Source: Octopus sinensis | Lineage: Eukaryota | Direction of reading: 5' to 3' | Assembly: GCF_006345805.1 (NCBI RefSeq) | Contig: NC_043002.1 | Span: forward strand, 108,128,001-108,192,000 | DNA: 64,000 bases | In this document: positions 12,471-25,162 of the stretch, piece by piece | How the letters are laid out: each line of letters starts with the position of its first letter | Numbering within the stretch: the first letter of the stretch is position 1 | Translations under genes and position numbers: made by a program | Notes under the pieces: generated by a model | What the model was told of the DNA's origin: nothing | The model's database searches: none | Seen by the model: the letters and a program-made list of their open reading frames with translations, nothing else

Positions 12471-13829
12471 TGGATAGCGCTTCTACGAGAGATTTTGAGC
12501 TCTCATAAGGAGGCGAGTGTAGGTTCCATCCAACCGCCTCTCAAGCTTCTTTGATAACGTCCAGGTTTCTGAGCCATATAGTAGAATTGGTTCGACTGTG
12601 GCTTTGGAGATTTCAAGTCTGGTACCATGCTAGCATGGAACATGGACATTATATGCAGCCGATAAGTTACAGTTTAAATCCCACATTAACAGTGAACAGC
12701 ATTGACACTCTCTCTCTCTCTCTCTCTCTTTCCCACTCTTTGAATATGTTCATTAGCTACAAAGAAGCCACTACACGACCACATAACCACCTAGAAATAC
12801 CAGCTAAACACCCCTACAGTCTAAAAGATGAGGAAGCACAGACTGGGATAATATAAGCTGAAATAAACAGGAATGCCCTTGATCATAGGCCTGCTTGATC
12901 AGGATTGCCCTAGGGTTAAACAACAACAGCAGTGACAATACTTCCATTGCAAACATGAATGTTAACCCTTCTGTTACCATATTTCCAATGAAATGCACCT
13001 TCTTGGTTTCAATTAATTGTGAAAATAAGGAAGGATGTAGCAAAATAAGTTTGTCGGTGCTTAGAAAGCGAATTAACAAGAAATTTTGATTGAAGGTTTT
13101 TAGATCCTTTAGTGTTCAGATTAATCTGTTAAATGTAATACATTTTTCACATAAATTGTTTTGAATTAATCATACATTATCTTACAACTTTGAAGTTTCA
13201 ATGGTGTGATAGTTTATTCTTAGAATGTCAATGTAGGTTAGGTGTGAGGGGCCAGATATGGCCAGTTTGAATGTAAAACATGTAGGATATTTGGGCCGGA
13301 TATGGCCGGCTTAAACACCAAAGGGTTAAAACACAAAGTCTGTATCAGAGAACCAGAGTTGGTCTCAGGTAGACTGGTACCAAAAGGGTTAAGGAATGAT
13401 AAAACAAATACAAAAGTACATCTGTGCATCTACTGATATTATTAAAAGCTTAATCCATGATTAAAGTATCAAACTAACAAAACCAGCATTTTGCATCTAC
13501 TTGAAACACGCAACTGTATTAATCTTCTTCCGGCTTCCACATTGAATCTAAGTGTTTAGCATTAAGAAGAGAATCCACTCACACACACAGAATCCAGCTA
13601 CACACACATGCATGCACACACACACGCGGTGACATACACCCAACACTCATACAATTCGATGATTTAGATGTAAATATTCATATTTATAAAAGCATCTAAC
13701 CCATGCTAGAGAAATAAAGGAAGTGAAACATAAAAGTATAGAGTGTCTTAAAAGGAAGAACTTGAAGCTGTTTTCAGAACTAATGGAAATGGTGATGATG
13801 ATGATGACAAGGTGCTGGATGTTACTTAC

Positions 13830-13853
13830 TAAACGGAGAAAGCCAGGATCCGA
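13830..13853 (-). CDS. PLEKHG1: 24-nt microexon, phase 0-0 (SDPGFLRL)
   Basis: ctttttcaatttttcag|TCGGATCCTGGCTTTCTCCGTTTA|gtaagt. Confidence 0.65.
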
Positions 13854-14287
13854 CTGAAAAATTGAAAAAGGGTTTGGATATTTAACAAAAGTAAATAAAT
13901 CTGTTGAGCATCATTGCTAAAAAGTTCAGCTCTGGTGAGATATTGATGATATCAAAGGCAAAGAAGAAAGAGGGACAAAGTGCTTCAAAAATTGTAAACA
14001 AAACTTAGAACCAGAGGCCACAGAGATGTCTGAATAATGTGAAGAAATAACTATAAAAATGTAACATATAATATATAAATATACATACACGCATACGCAC
14101 ATGTAGAGTGATATAAATATATATATATATGTGTGTGTATATTTTTTATTTAATATTTTGTACATTACTTAATTATTGGTATATGTTTTTATCATATATT
14201 TAATTTTTGTCTATATGGTATAATTTAATTATATCATTGTTATTTCATTGAACTGATAAAAGGTGGTTTTTATCTAATTTATATATA

Positions 14288-14577
14288 TCTAAAACTGAAG
14301 TTGTGTGGTGTCTGTCTCCTACGATTTAGATTCCTAACTACTCCCACATTTTGTGGTGCAGTGTAACCAAAAGCGGGTATCTTATAGTCGTGATTCATAT
14401 CGAGCCCTTCTGGGTATTAGTGCACGTCTACGATGAGTCTACGATTTAAAAAAAAAATTACCATCATTTATTCCATTTATAATGCATTTTTTTGCTATTT
14501 TTTGGCTATAACTCTCTAAAAATGCTTATATAGTTATTTCCCTTACAAACCCGAGCAACGCCGGGCGATACTGCTAG
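14288..14577 (+). mobile_element. Non-autonomous Helitron
   Basis: 5' TC, 3' hairpin cccgagcaacgccggg + CTAG followed by T; homologous to 45163-45559. Confidence 0.8.
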
Positions 14578-15477
14578 TATATTATATATTGTGAAATTTG
14601 ATTTAGTATTACTAAATTGAATTTTTCCTTGTAAGTTTGGAATAATATTCCCTAATATTATTGATTTTTGTCAGCTCTTGTGGCCAATAAAAGAATTAAT
14701 TATTATTATAATTATATATATACTATATATATATGGTATTTTTATATAAGCTTAAAGCTTATTGCGATCACCATGCAATGACTAAGGAAAATAGTCTAAT
14801 AACGGGGCATATAAGCCCTCAACAGAGAAAAAGAAGGCTTTCCTATCCATGTGGGACTTGCACCCACATCCCTTCGTTAATGTGACTAAATGAGTTACCT
14901 TTACATAGGCGAATCAGCCTCCCTCTTTCTGTCAAATTTAAGAACTATGGGTTCAAAATGTATTTGAAATTTTACTTCTTCTTAAGAAAACAGCAAAATT
15001 TTGCATGAGTAATATAATGAATTATAAAACTGATTAGCTGACATTATCCATGCAATAAGAAAACAAAAACTCCCTTTAAGGGTGTCTGAAGTCTTAAAAT
15101 GTGTTGTTTTTATCCATGCAACTACTACTTTTGAATGGGTGTAAATCTAAAAATGAACTAGTTATTTTTTAGATTTTAACCTCCACTCTCACAAAGAGGA
15201 AGTTCTTGTTTAATAATTGTTTGGATAATCTCAGCTAATTAAGGTTTTCCAACTCATTATATTTACTTATCTGAGATTATACTACATCCTACAGTGATAT
15301 CAAAATTGCTTATTACTTGTTCTTATAATTCCTTGTTTAAATCATATTGATACTAATTTAACTTAATTATGTTAATACTAAATTACTGCAATACTAATTT
15401 AATTAAGCTATTACTTGTTTAGTCACTGCTTTTTGTGTTCAAAACTGGAATAAACTGGTTTGTGATGAGAAAGAGGA

Positions 15478-15958
15478 GGAGAAAAAAGAAACAAAAAAAA
15501 CAAGCATCCTGGGCCAAAACCTTCATCAAACTGCAAGGTTTTCTGACTGTAAAGCATGAGAAACTGACCTGAAACTAAACAATAACCCAGGGGCTCTCAA
15601 CCATTTTTTTACCTATAAACCCCTTTGGTTCTTATTTTATGTGGGTGGACCCTCATAGCCATTCAGTGTTTGGAAGACCCTATCATATTTTTAGAATGAA
15701 ATATTATCAAAAAATGCATAAAAATTGTGGAAATATTGTGTATTTTTTTATTCTTTTATTTGTTTCAGTCATTTGACTGTGGCTATGCTGGAGCACTGCT
15801 TTTAGTTGAGCAAATCGACCCCGGGACTTATTCTTTGTAAGCCTAGTACTTATTCTATCGGTCTCTCTTGCCGAACTGCTAAGTGACAGGGACGTAAACA
15901 CACCAGTATCAGTTGTCAAGCGATGTTGGGGGGGATAAACACACACACAGACACACAC

Positions 15959-15999
<41 letters not shown>

Positions 16000-16500
16000 T
16001 ATATCACAGGCTTCTTTCAGTTTCCGTCTACCAAATCCACTCACAAAGCTTTGGTTGGCCCCTGAGCTATAGCAGAAGACACTTGCCCAAGGTGCCACGC
16101 AGTGGGACTGAGCCCGGAACCATGTGGTTGGTAAGCACTTATACGGACCCTCAAGGGTCATATGGACCATGGTTGAGAACCACTACAATAACAACAACAA
16201 TGGACCTATTTTACTTCTGTTGCTGGATATAGGTATGAAGAATATTTCATACCTTTCCAATGAAGGAAAAAAAGAAAGAAAAAAAAAAAACAAGCATTCT
16301 GGGCCAAAACCTTCATCAAACTGCAAGGTTTTCTGACTGTAAAGCATGAGAAACTGACCTGAAACTAAACAATAACCCAGGGGCTCTCAACCATTTTTTT
16401 ACCTATAAACCCCTTTGGTTCTTATTTTATGTGGGTAGACCCTCATAGCCATTCGGTGTTTGGAAGACCCTATTCATATTTTTAGAATGAAATATTATCA
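15478..16500 (+). repeat. ~235-bp direct duplication including the 5' part of a hAT-like MITE
   Basis: 15478-15710 matches 16264-16500; caggggctctcaacc ... ggttgagaaccact termini. Confidence 0.8.
15750..16137 (-). mobile_element. SINE family A
   Basis: same consensus. Confidence 0.85.
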
Positions 16501-16950
16501 ATATTATCACTTTTCTCTCTTTTTCTGCTTTATTCTGTGTACTGTGCATGTGTTTTTAGCTTTCATTGCTATCTTTTTTTACTTGACATATGCATCTCCT
16601 TTCTGTCCCCTCTTTCAACCTTTTCTGATGAATTGTAGAGCATTTGGGATATTTACTGCTTAAAACTTTAGACTGTCTCTTTATAAACTGCAAAGCCAAC
16701 AGCTCAGAACTTTTTTCTAGTTGCAGCTGTGAGCCGGTCTCAATGGAATAAATATAACCACATCATGATAAACTAATTTATTCTGCTGTTTATAGTCCAA
16801 CTAATTGCTGACACAGACTGTCTCTGCTCACTTCAGATGGATGGTGTTTGTGACATATTTAATTTCTCATTTGTTTATCCATCAACACAACAAGCAGCTG
16901 TGATTGACAGGACTTGGCAGCCTGGAAGTTTATAATTTCTTACGGATAAT

Positions 16951-17378
16951 AGGCGCAGGAGTGGCTGTGTGGTAAGTAGCTTGCTAACCAACCACATGGT
17001 TCCGGGTTCAGTCCCACTGCGTGGCATCTTGGGCAAGTGTCTTCTGCTATAGCCCCGGGCCGACCAATGCCTTGTGAGTGGATTTGGTAGACGGAAACTG
17101 AAAGAAGCCTGTCGTATATATATATATATATATATATGTATATGTGTGTGTGTGTCTGTGTATATGTTTGTGTGTCTGTGTTTGTCCCCCTAGCATTGCT
17201 TGACAACCGATGCAGGTGTGTTTACGTACCCGTCACTTAGCGGTTCGGCAAAAGAGACCGATAGAATAAGCACTGGGCTTACAAAGGATAAGTCCCGGGG
17301 TCGATTTGCTCGACTAAAGGCGGTGCTCCAGCATGGCCGCAGTCAAAATGACTGAAACAAGTAATAGAGTAAAGAGTA
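16951..17378 (+). mobile_element. SINE family A
   Basis: same consensus, low divergence. Confidence 0.9.
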
Positions 17379-19169
17379 ATGTGCTACATTCTACATTGAT
17401 AGGTACAATGGAGTAGTTGATATATTGACTGATGTAGATAATGTTTAAAATTAAATCTTGCATTTCAGCTTGGGATGCTGAGTTCTAATCCCTTTTGTGA
17501 ATACTTTCAGTTAAAATACATTGGTTTTTGTTTTAATTCATTTTTAAAATAACGAAGAATTTAACAAGAAAATTTTCTCGTTATTAAGCTGATGTTTGCA
17601 ACTTAAATGAACACAAAATATTGATGGCAGGTTTTAATTTAGATCATTTCAAAACAGAAAGTTTATATCCTAAAACCACAGGAAGTTCTGGGTGGGTGGG
17701 CATCAAAGGAGTTAATCAGCAAAATTTACAATAAACCAACCTTCACATACAGAAGGAAAAAGACCAGAATAAAGTTGGTGTTGTTGTTTAGCCAGAGATC
17801 AACCCTAATTCTGCAGACCAATGGTCAGTCAAATGCTATCCAGTCTTGATCATCCTATATTTTTAGGGGTCTCCAGGGCTAGATTATCTCATGTGCCCTT
17901 TTCTGTTTTTTAAGATAGTAGGGTGTAATATGAGAGAGGGTCAACTGTGGTAGTCAAGCACCCACAGAGGCTCTGTCATTTTCTTTAAAAGCCAAGTGGA
18001 TATACGCTCATGGACTATGTTACTTTGTCTCATGACAAATGTTACCTCATCTTTCTGAGAAAGACATGTATCCTACATGTTTTAGTTTACAGATAACTTG
18101 GGAATGATTACCAGAATTTCTGTAGAAGTAAATTTTATAAAGGCAGCGAGCTGGCAGAAACATTAGCACGCCAGGCGAAATGCTTAGCAGTATTTTATCT
18201 GCCGCTACGTTCTGAGTTCAAATTCCGCCAAGGTCGACTTTGCCTTTCATCCTTTCGGGGTCGATTAAATAAGTACCAGTTATGCACTGGGGTCAATATA
18301 ATTGACTTGATCCGTTTGTCTGTCCTTGTTTGTCCCCTCTGTGTTTAGCCCCTTGTGGGTAGTAAAGAAATAAGAAATAAGAATTTCTGTAAAAGTTATT
18401 GGAAATAAATTGGTATTCTATGTAGAAAGTTGTTGTTAGTGTCTTGTTCTGGATCAACTCAAATTGAGTAAACCTATGATCAAAGACATTCCAGCCATAC
18501 CAATCCCATCTGTCCAGAGTATTGTTCCTTACTGAAAATAGGCTTGGCTATTCTTTTCCTTCTCTCAAAACAAGGAAATGATTTATCTAATCTCTGAATG
18601 TAAACTGGAACTGTATCCAAATTTGTCTTGTTAGCCAAATGGTTAAAACACCATGGTATTTAAAATGAGCTTGTGTATGATATTAGAAATATCACACACT
18701 GATGATGACTGTTGGAATTCAGTATCTCTATTATAGATATCACACATTGACGATACTCTTTGAATTCCGTATCTCTATCACTCATGGACATGCTGATATG
18801 AAAGAAAATATAAAAACATTGCAGCGCCCACAACTTTTCAAAACTTTTCACACTCAAATTAGCCAAAGCATAAAACTACCCACACCAGTTGTTAGTTATA
18901 AGGACACTGCACCCTTCAAAAATCCCATGCTTCCAGAAATTCACCAACATTACTCCTTGCACCCTTTCTTCTTCCTGACTCTTTTAATGTTCACTTTTCT
19001 CTCTTTTTCTGCTTTATTCTGTGTACTGTGCATGTGTTTTTAGCTTTCATTGCTATCTTTTTTTTTCTTGACATATGCATCTCCTTTCTGTCCCCTCTTT
19101 CAACCTTTTCTGATGAATTGTAGAGCATTTGGGATCTTTACACAATAAGATCATTATTATTACTCCAGA

Positions 19170-19550
19170 GGAGGCGCAATGGCCCAGTGGTTAGGGCAGT
19201 GGACTCGCGGTCGTAGGATCACGGTTTCGATTCCCAGACCGGGCGTTGTGAGTGTTTATTGAGCGAAAACACCTAAAGCTCCACGAGGCTCCGGCAGGGA
19301 TGGTGGTGATCCCTGCTGTACTCTTTCACCACAACTTTCTCTCACTCTTACTTCCTGTTTCTGTTGTACCTGTATTTCAAAGGGCCGGCCTTGTCACTCT
19401 CTGTGTCACGCTGAATATCCCCGATAACTACGTTAAGGGTACACGTGTCTGTGGAGTGCTCAGCCACTTACACGTTAATTTCACGAGCAGGCTGTTCCGT
19501 TGATTGGATCAACCGGAACCCTCGTCGTCGTACCCGACGGAGTGCTTCCA
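19170..19550 (+). mobile_element. SINE family B with TSD
   Basis: TSD tattactccagag on both sides. Confidence 0.9.
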
Positions 19551-19634
19551 GTATTACTCCAGAGTTTTGCCTGCAATATTTCATTTTTTGATGAAGACCT
19601 CAATGTCCTGGGCTCTTGTGGCCAATAATAGAAA

Positions 19635-19680
<46 letters not shown>

Positions 19681-19747
19681 CATAACTATTATTATTAGAT
19701 GAACAATATTTTGACATTCTGTGTGTCTTTCACAAGTTCAAAATACA

Positions 19748-20209
19748 AATTGAAAATAAATTCAAAGATAGGAGACACAGAAACATTCAAAATTAAATCG
19801 GAATAACTGTGTTTCTTTCTAAGTAAAATGACATCATCAGTTTTTGGTCTTTCACAAAAGGTAACAGAAGGAAGGAAGGAAAGAAGAAAATGAAAAGAAA
19901 GAGAAGAATTGGAGAAAAAATTACTCAGTCAAAAAGTTTAGATATATTTGTGAACTGGTGACATCTCAGCCTGAAGGAATTTATAGAATGGCAGGTGAAT
20001 TCCACCATATTTATACAAAACTTTTTGACTGAATAAGTTTTTCTCCAATTCTTTTCTTTCTTTTCGCTTTCTTCTTTCCTTCCTTCCTTCTGCTACCTTT
20101 TGTGAAAGACTAAAGACTGATGATGTCATTTTACTTAGGAAGAAACACAGTTATTCTGATTCAAGTTTGAAAGTTTCAGCATTTCCTATCTTTGAATTCA
20201 ATTTCAATT
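19748..20209. repeat. Foldback, ~200-bp arms
   Basis: 19748-19947 is an inverted match to 20008-20209. Confidence 0.85.
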
Positions 20210-20566
20210 ATTATCATTATTATTATATTATTATTATCATATTATATTATCATTATTATTATTGTTATTATTATTATTATTATTGTTATTATTATTATTT
20301 TAGGTCTTGTACCTATAGTAGAAGAGGATTATAATTATGAAAACATTTCAGAAAGGAAAAAAAAAAAAGGAAAATAAACTAATTTATATTTGAGACTAAA
20401 CGAAGGAACTCCTTAAACTTAATAGGTGAGAAGGTGGAGTATAAAAATATTATCAGTGAAAATGTTTTCAGAATTTCAACTGCAAAAATATTCAAAATAT
20501 TATGATTAATTTCCCCAGTTAATCACCCTGGTATTAAAAGAGAAGAAATATATTTTCAATACTCAC

Positions 20567-20577
20567 TCTTCGATAAC
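20567..20577 (-). CDS. PLEKHG1: 11-nt microexon, phase 1-0 ((G)YRR)
   Basis: ctaat branch-like site, long pyrimidine tract, ttacag|GTTATCGAAGA|gtgagt; converts phase 1 to 0. Confidence 0.65.
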
Positions 20578-20726
20578 CTGTAAATAGTAGAAAAGAAAAA
20601 CAAAAACACAATTAGCTTAATTAAATGAGCAAATAATTTAATGAACATGCAAAGTGAAAAAAGTAAAAATAAATAACTTTTGAAAAGGCTTTACATCTAT
20701 TTGTGAATATTATAATTAGTTTAATA

Positions 20727-21271
20727 CGAGGGTGAGTTAAAAAGTAATGGCATTTTGTTTAGGACAAGTATAATTACCAACACAGGAACATGTATCATAC
20801 ATCAAAATGAAGCTGGTCCTCTGTGGATCACATCCCTATTTCCAAACAAAGTCACCGTTTCTCTCAATGGCAATGTTCCACCTCCGAATGAGAGCATGTA
20901 TCCCTGCCCTATAAAATTCTGTTGACTGTTCTTTGAGCCACTTCTTCACTACAGTTTTCACTTTCTTGTCACTGGAATAATTTAGCATCTTCAGGCTATC
21001 ATCTCTTCGGCCCCATGAAAGAGGGTTTGAGAGGCACACATTATTCCAGTGATGAGGAAGTGAAAATTGTAGTAAAGAAGTGGCTCAAAGAACAGTCAAC
21101 AGAATTTTATGGGGTGGGGATACATGCTCTCATACGAAGGTGGAACATTGCTATTGAGAGAAATGGTGACTATGTTGAGAAGTAGGGATGTGATCCACAG
21201 AGGTACATGTTCCTGTGTTGGTAATTATACCTGTCCTAAACAAAATGCCATTACTTTTTGACTCACCCTCA
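20727..21271. mobile_element. Palindromic mariner derivative made of two 3' ends
   Basis: TA-cgagggtgagttaaaaagtaatggc ... gccattactttttgactcaccctca-TA; both halves encode EFY..GIHALIRRWNIAIERNGDY/F. Confidence 0.85.
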
Positions 21272-22612
21272 TAGATTTATTGAAATTCTTGCTTAATAAG
21301 TGAGGGAAGAACAATGTCCATGGCAATTTTTGCTTTAACAACTTCTAAGACTGTTGTAGTCATTGTCGTTATTTCACTTCCATCAAGGCAGCAAGCTGGC
21401 AGATTTGTTAGCACGTGGGACGAAATGCTTTGCAGTATTTCACTCTTTGTTCCATTCTGAGTTCAAAATCTGCGGAGGTCAACTTTGTCTTTCATCCTTT
21501 CAGGGTCGATAGATTAAGTATCAGTTGCATACTGGAGTTGATCTAATTGACTGGGCCCCCTCCCCCAAAATTTCAGGCCTTGTGCCTATAGCACCTCCAA
21601 CCTCCATGCTTGCATGGAACCAATGGGCCCAAGGAATGTACCTATTTCTTTACTACCCACAAGGGGCTAAACACAGAAGGGACAAACAAGGACAGACACA
21701 GGTATTAAGTTGATTACATCGACCCCAGTGTGTAGCTGGTACTTAATTTATTGACCCCGAAAGGGTGAAAGGCAAAGTCGACCTCGGCGGAATTTGAACT
21801 CACAACGTAACGGCAGACAAAATACCGCTAAGCATTTCGCCCGGCCCAAGGAATGTACCAAGCTCCAATGTCTGCTTTGGCATGGTTTCTCTAGTGGGAT
21901 GCCTTTCCTAGTGCCAAACATTTTACTGAGTCTACATGTTACCTTTTTTTTTTTGTGGAACCAGCACAAATGAAGTTGCCAAGTAACTTGCAAAACAAAA
22001 CCCCTCAAACTGAGTAGGGGTGGAGTATTAACCCTTTCGTTACCAATCCGGCCGAAACTGCCTCTGGCTCTGTAGTACAAATGTCTTGTTTTCATAAGTT
22101 TTGAATTAAAATCTTCCACCAAACCTTAGTCACAATTTATGTTCCTAACACCAGCTGAATGATAACCAAGTTATTTTACTAAATTCTTTGTTATATTTAA
22201 AATTAATTGAAAGAAACACAGAGCATCTCAAAATAAATACAGTAATGAAAGGGTTAAGGGAGGTGGTTTTATGCTAAGCATTAACAGGTGAAAGTATGAT
22301 AGATGGACAGTATCAGGTGTCTTGCTGCAGAGGAGATACATGGCTTCCCTATCTGGAAAGAGAGGAAGAGATGATGAGGGTGTACCACCAAGGTAAAAGG
22401 TGAATTTAAGGAGAGGGAATAGGGATAGAGGAACAGAAAGGGTGGGTGAGTTTACAAGAGTGTGAAGGGTGTGTGACAAATGATAGAGATGGGAATAAAG
22501 GTGGATGTAGTGAATGGGACACAGGGGTGAAAGTATGGTCAATGGTTAATATCAGATTGGCAGGGAAGTAAAGTAGAAAAATAATATGTTAGGAAATATT
22601 ACAATCACTTAC

Positions 22613-22648
22613 CTTTTCGAAGGCGCTGAGGTTTAAGTAAGGTAAAAT
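22613..22648 (-). CDS. PLEKHG1: PLEKHG-like 36-nt exon, phase 1-1
   Basis: tcttttgcag|AT TTT...AAA G|gtaagt; (D)FTLLKPQRLRK; strong splice sites, phase-compatible. Confidence 0.8.
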
Positions 22649-25162
22649 CTGCAAAAGAGAATGGTAAAGTGTTCATTGCTTATTAAACTAAAGAAAACTT
22701 ATTCCCCTACCTATAACATTTTCTCAGACCTCTTACATGGCCATTTGACTTTCTAGTAATAGCAGCCAAAGAATCTACTCCAAATACTTTTCACTGGCTT
22801 AGACAAGGAAAGATATATTGAATAATGTAACCACCAACCCTAGATGACCCTAAAAAATCAGGTTAGTCATGAGCAGAATTTCTTTGATCATTCAGGGGTG
22901 ACCAGGGGATAAAGAACAACAGCAACTAGGAACTTCTCAGAGTCTCTATGCAAATAGCTTGACCAGCCAAAAATAACAGGCTAACATTTTTTATAACACT
23001 CCACCATCTAAGCAAAAAAGTAAGGAAAGCCATATTAGCTAATGTAGTCCAGACATCCCTAAAAGACCAGCTGGCAACAGCTGGAATATCTTGGATTATA
23101 GGTCTACTGAATCATGGTTGACCCAGGGCAACATCAATGGAAACATCAATGCTTTGTAGTTCATATAAACACCATCTCATCCTCTTAGTTTGAATATCCA
23201 CTTCATGTTGGCATGGGTCAGATATATTCATTTCTACAGTTGAGTGCTCTTTCAGTCACCAACCCTCACCTGTCTCCAAGCAAGCTATTTCCCCATGGCC
23301 AAATATGATTAGACAGGATACTGGAAAGAAATTACACTGCTTGTATGACAGTGATACTCATTTACAACCATCAAATAATGTGAAGACAAGACGAAACATG
23401 CATACACACACACACACACATACATACACACATGCATGCAACAAACTTCTTTCAGTTTCCGTTTACCAAATCCACTCACAAGGCTTTGGTCAGCTTAGAG
23501 CTACAGAAGTCACTTGTCCAAGATGTAGTATGTGTGTGTGTGTGTTTCCCTGTCCACCACCGCTTGACCAATATTGGCGTGTTTATGTCTCTGTAACTTA
23601 GCGATTGAGCGAAAGATACTGATAGAATAAGTACCGGGATTTAAAAAAAGATATTGGGACCCATTCATTCACTTAAATTCTTCAAGGCGGTGCTCCGGTA
23701 AGGCTGCAGTCTAAAGACTGAAACAAGTAACAGATAAAAGATATAAAAAAAAAAGGAATCCGGGACCTTACGGTCTAAAGCAGAAAAGATACTCAACAGT
23801 CTGATAAACTTGAAATCATTTTAAGACACGTATCCTTGGTTGGGATGTTTAGGTTTGAGCGTGGACGGAAAGTTGTGTTGAAATTATTTGTGCAAAACAA
23901 GAAAGAAATCAGGCTAACAAGTTTTTGTTTGAAAAAAAGTTCAGTTAATGTTTACAATATTATCCGGAAACGAAAACAAAAAAAAAAATTTACTACTGTA
24001 ACAAGTGTAAAAAAAAAATGTGTATAAAACGAAAATGAAAGGAAAATTGCGTGCAAAGTAATGGGGGTGGGGAGATGACTTTCGGAAAATTCACAAGAAC
24101 TGAGTTTTTCCTTCATAACTTTAAGAAAATGAGTTTCTTTTTATTTAAATGAAATTTTAAATAAATATCTTTCAAACGGTATACATTACGGTTATTAAAA
24201 AAATTATGGGGGAAAATTTTTTTCCGAGAGGGTGAGGAGAGGACTTTCGGAAAATTACCGAGATCCGATTTTTTTCCTTCATAACTTTGAGGGAAATGGA
24301 TATCTTTTAGTGAAATTTTATATAAATTCTTTTCTATTTACTCTCAAAATATTGAGCATTTGTGGGGAAACCTGAAAAAGTGTATTATTCGACCCGGAAT
24401 GAGAAAGAGCTACTTGAAACAATATGTCGCTTCAAATAATATTTCGGGCCATCTCTCTGCCAACCCAGCCACTTCATAAGTTTCTTTTGGAGGCTGCAAG
24501 ACTATCCCCATGTTCCTGATGACACGGAAGAATGTATACCGGTTCTTGAAGTCGTTAAAGGTACGTTGGCGCATTTTTTATACTTGTAAAACATTCTTCT
24601 TACCACCAACTCGGTTTATACTTTAAAACATTCAATACAGATCTTCCTACAACCATTAGGTTTGTTAATTTGCTTATTGGTGACTCAGAGAACTTGTCGT
24701 AATTAACAGAAAACATTAAACAAATAAGGAAGGCATCAGGCGGTCGTGAGATATACTAAAAACAACAGCTAAATTGCCCTTAACTTTTTTCTATAGTGAA
24801 ACCATATTCAACACCTTATTTATGAATTGTTTTTTACTATCACTCAAAAAAAAAATATGAATAAGTTTTTTTCAGACTTTTTTCCAATAATTTATGAATT
24901 TCTTTCTCTTCGAAAGTCCCCTTCGTCCCACCATCGAAAAAGATTTTCCCCACAAATTTCTTTATAACCGTAATGTATACCGTTTGAAAGGTATTTATAT
25001 ATAAAATTTGATCAAAAATATATCCATTTTCCGCTAAGTTATGGGGGAAAAATCGTACCTCGTGAATTTTCCGAAAGTCCTCTCCACACCCCTTCGGAAA
25101 AGATTTCCCCGCAAATTTCTTTATAATCGTATCCTATGCCATTTGAAAGGTATTTATTTAAA

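Noticed and set aside
13495-13550. Possible exon IQCGSRKKINTVACFK on the minus strand
   Set aside because: Weak acceptor, no good donor, runs into a stop.
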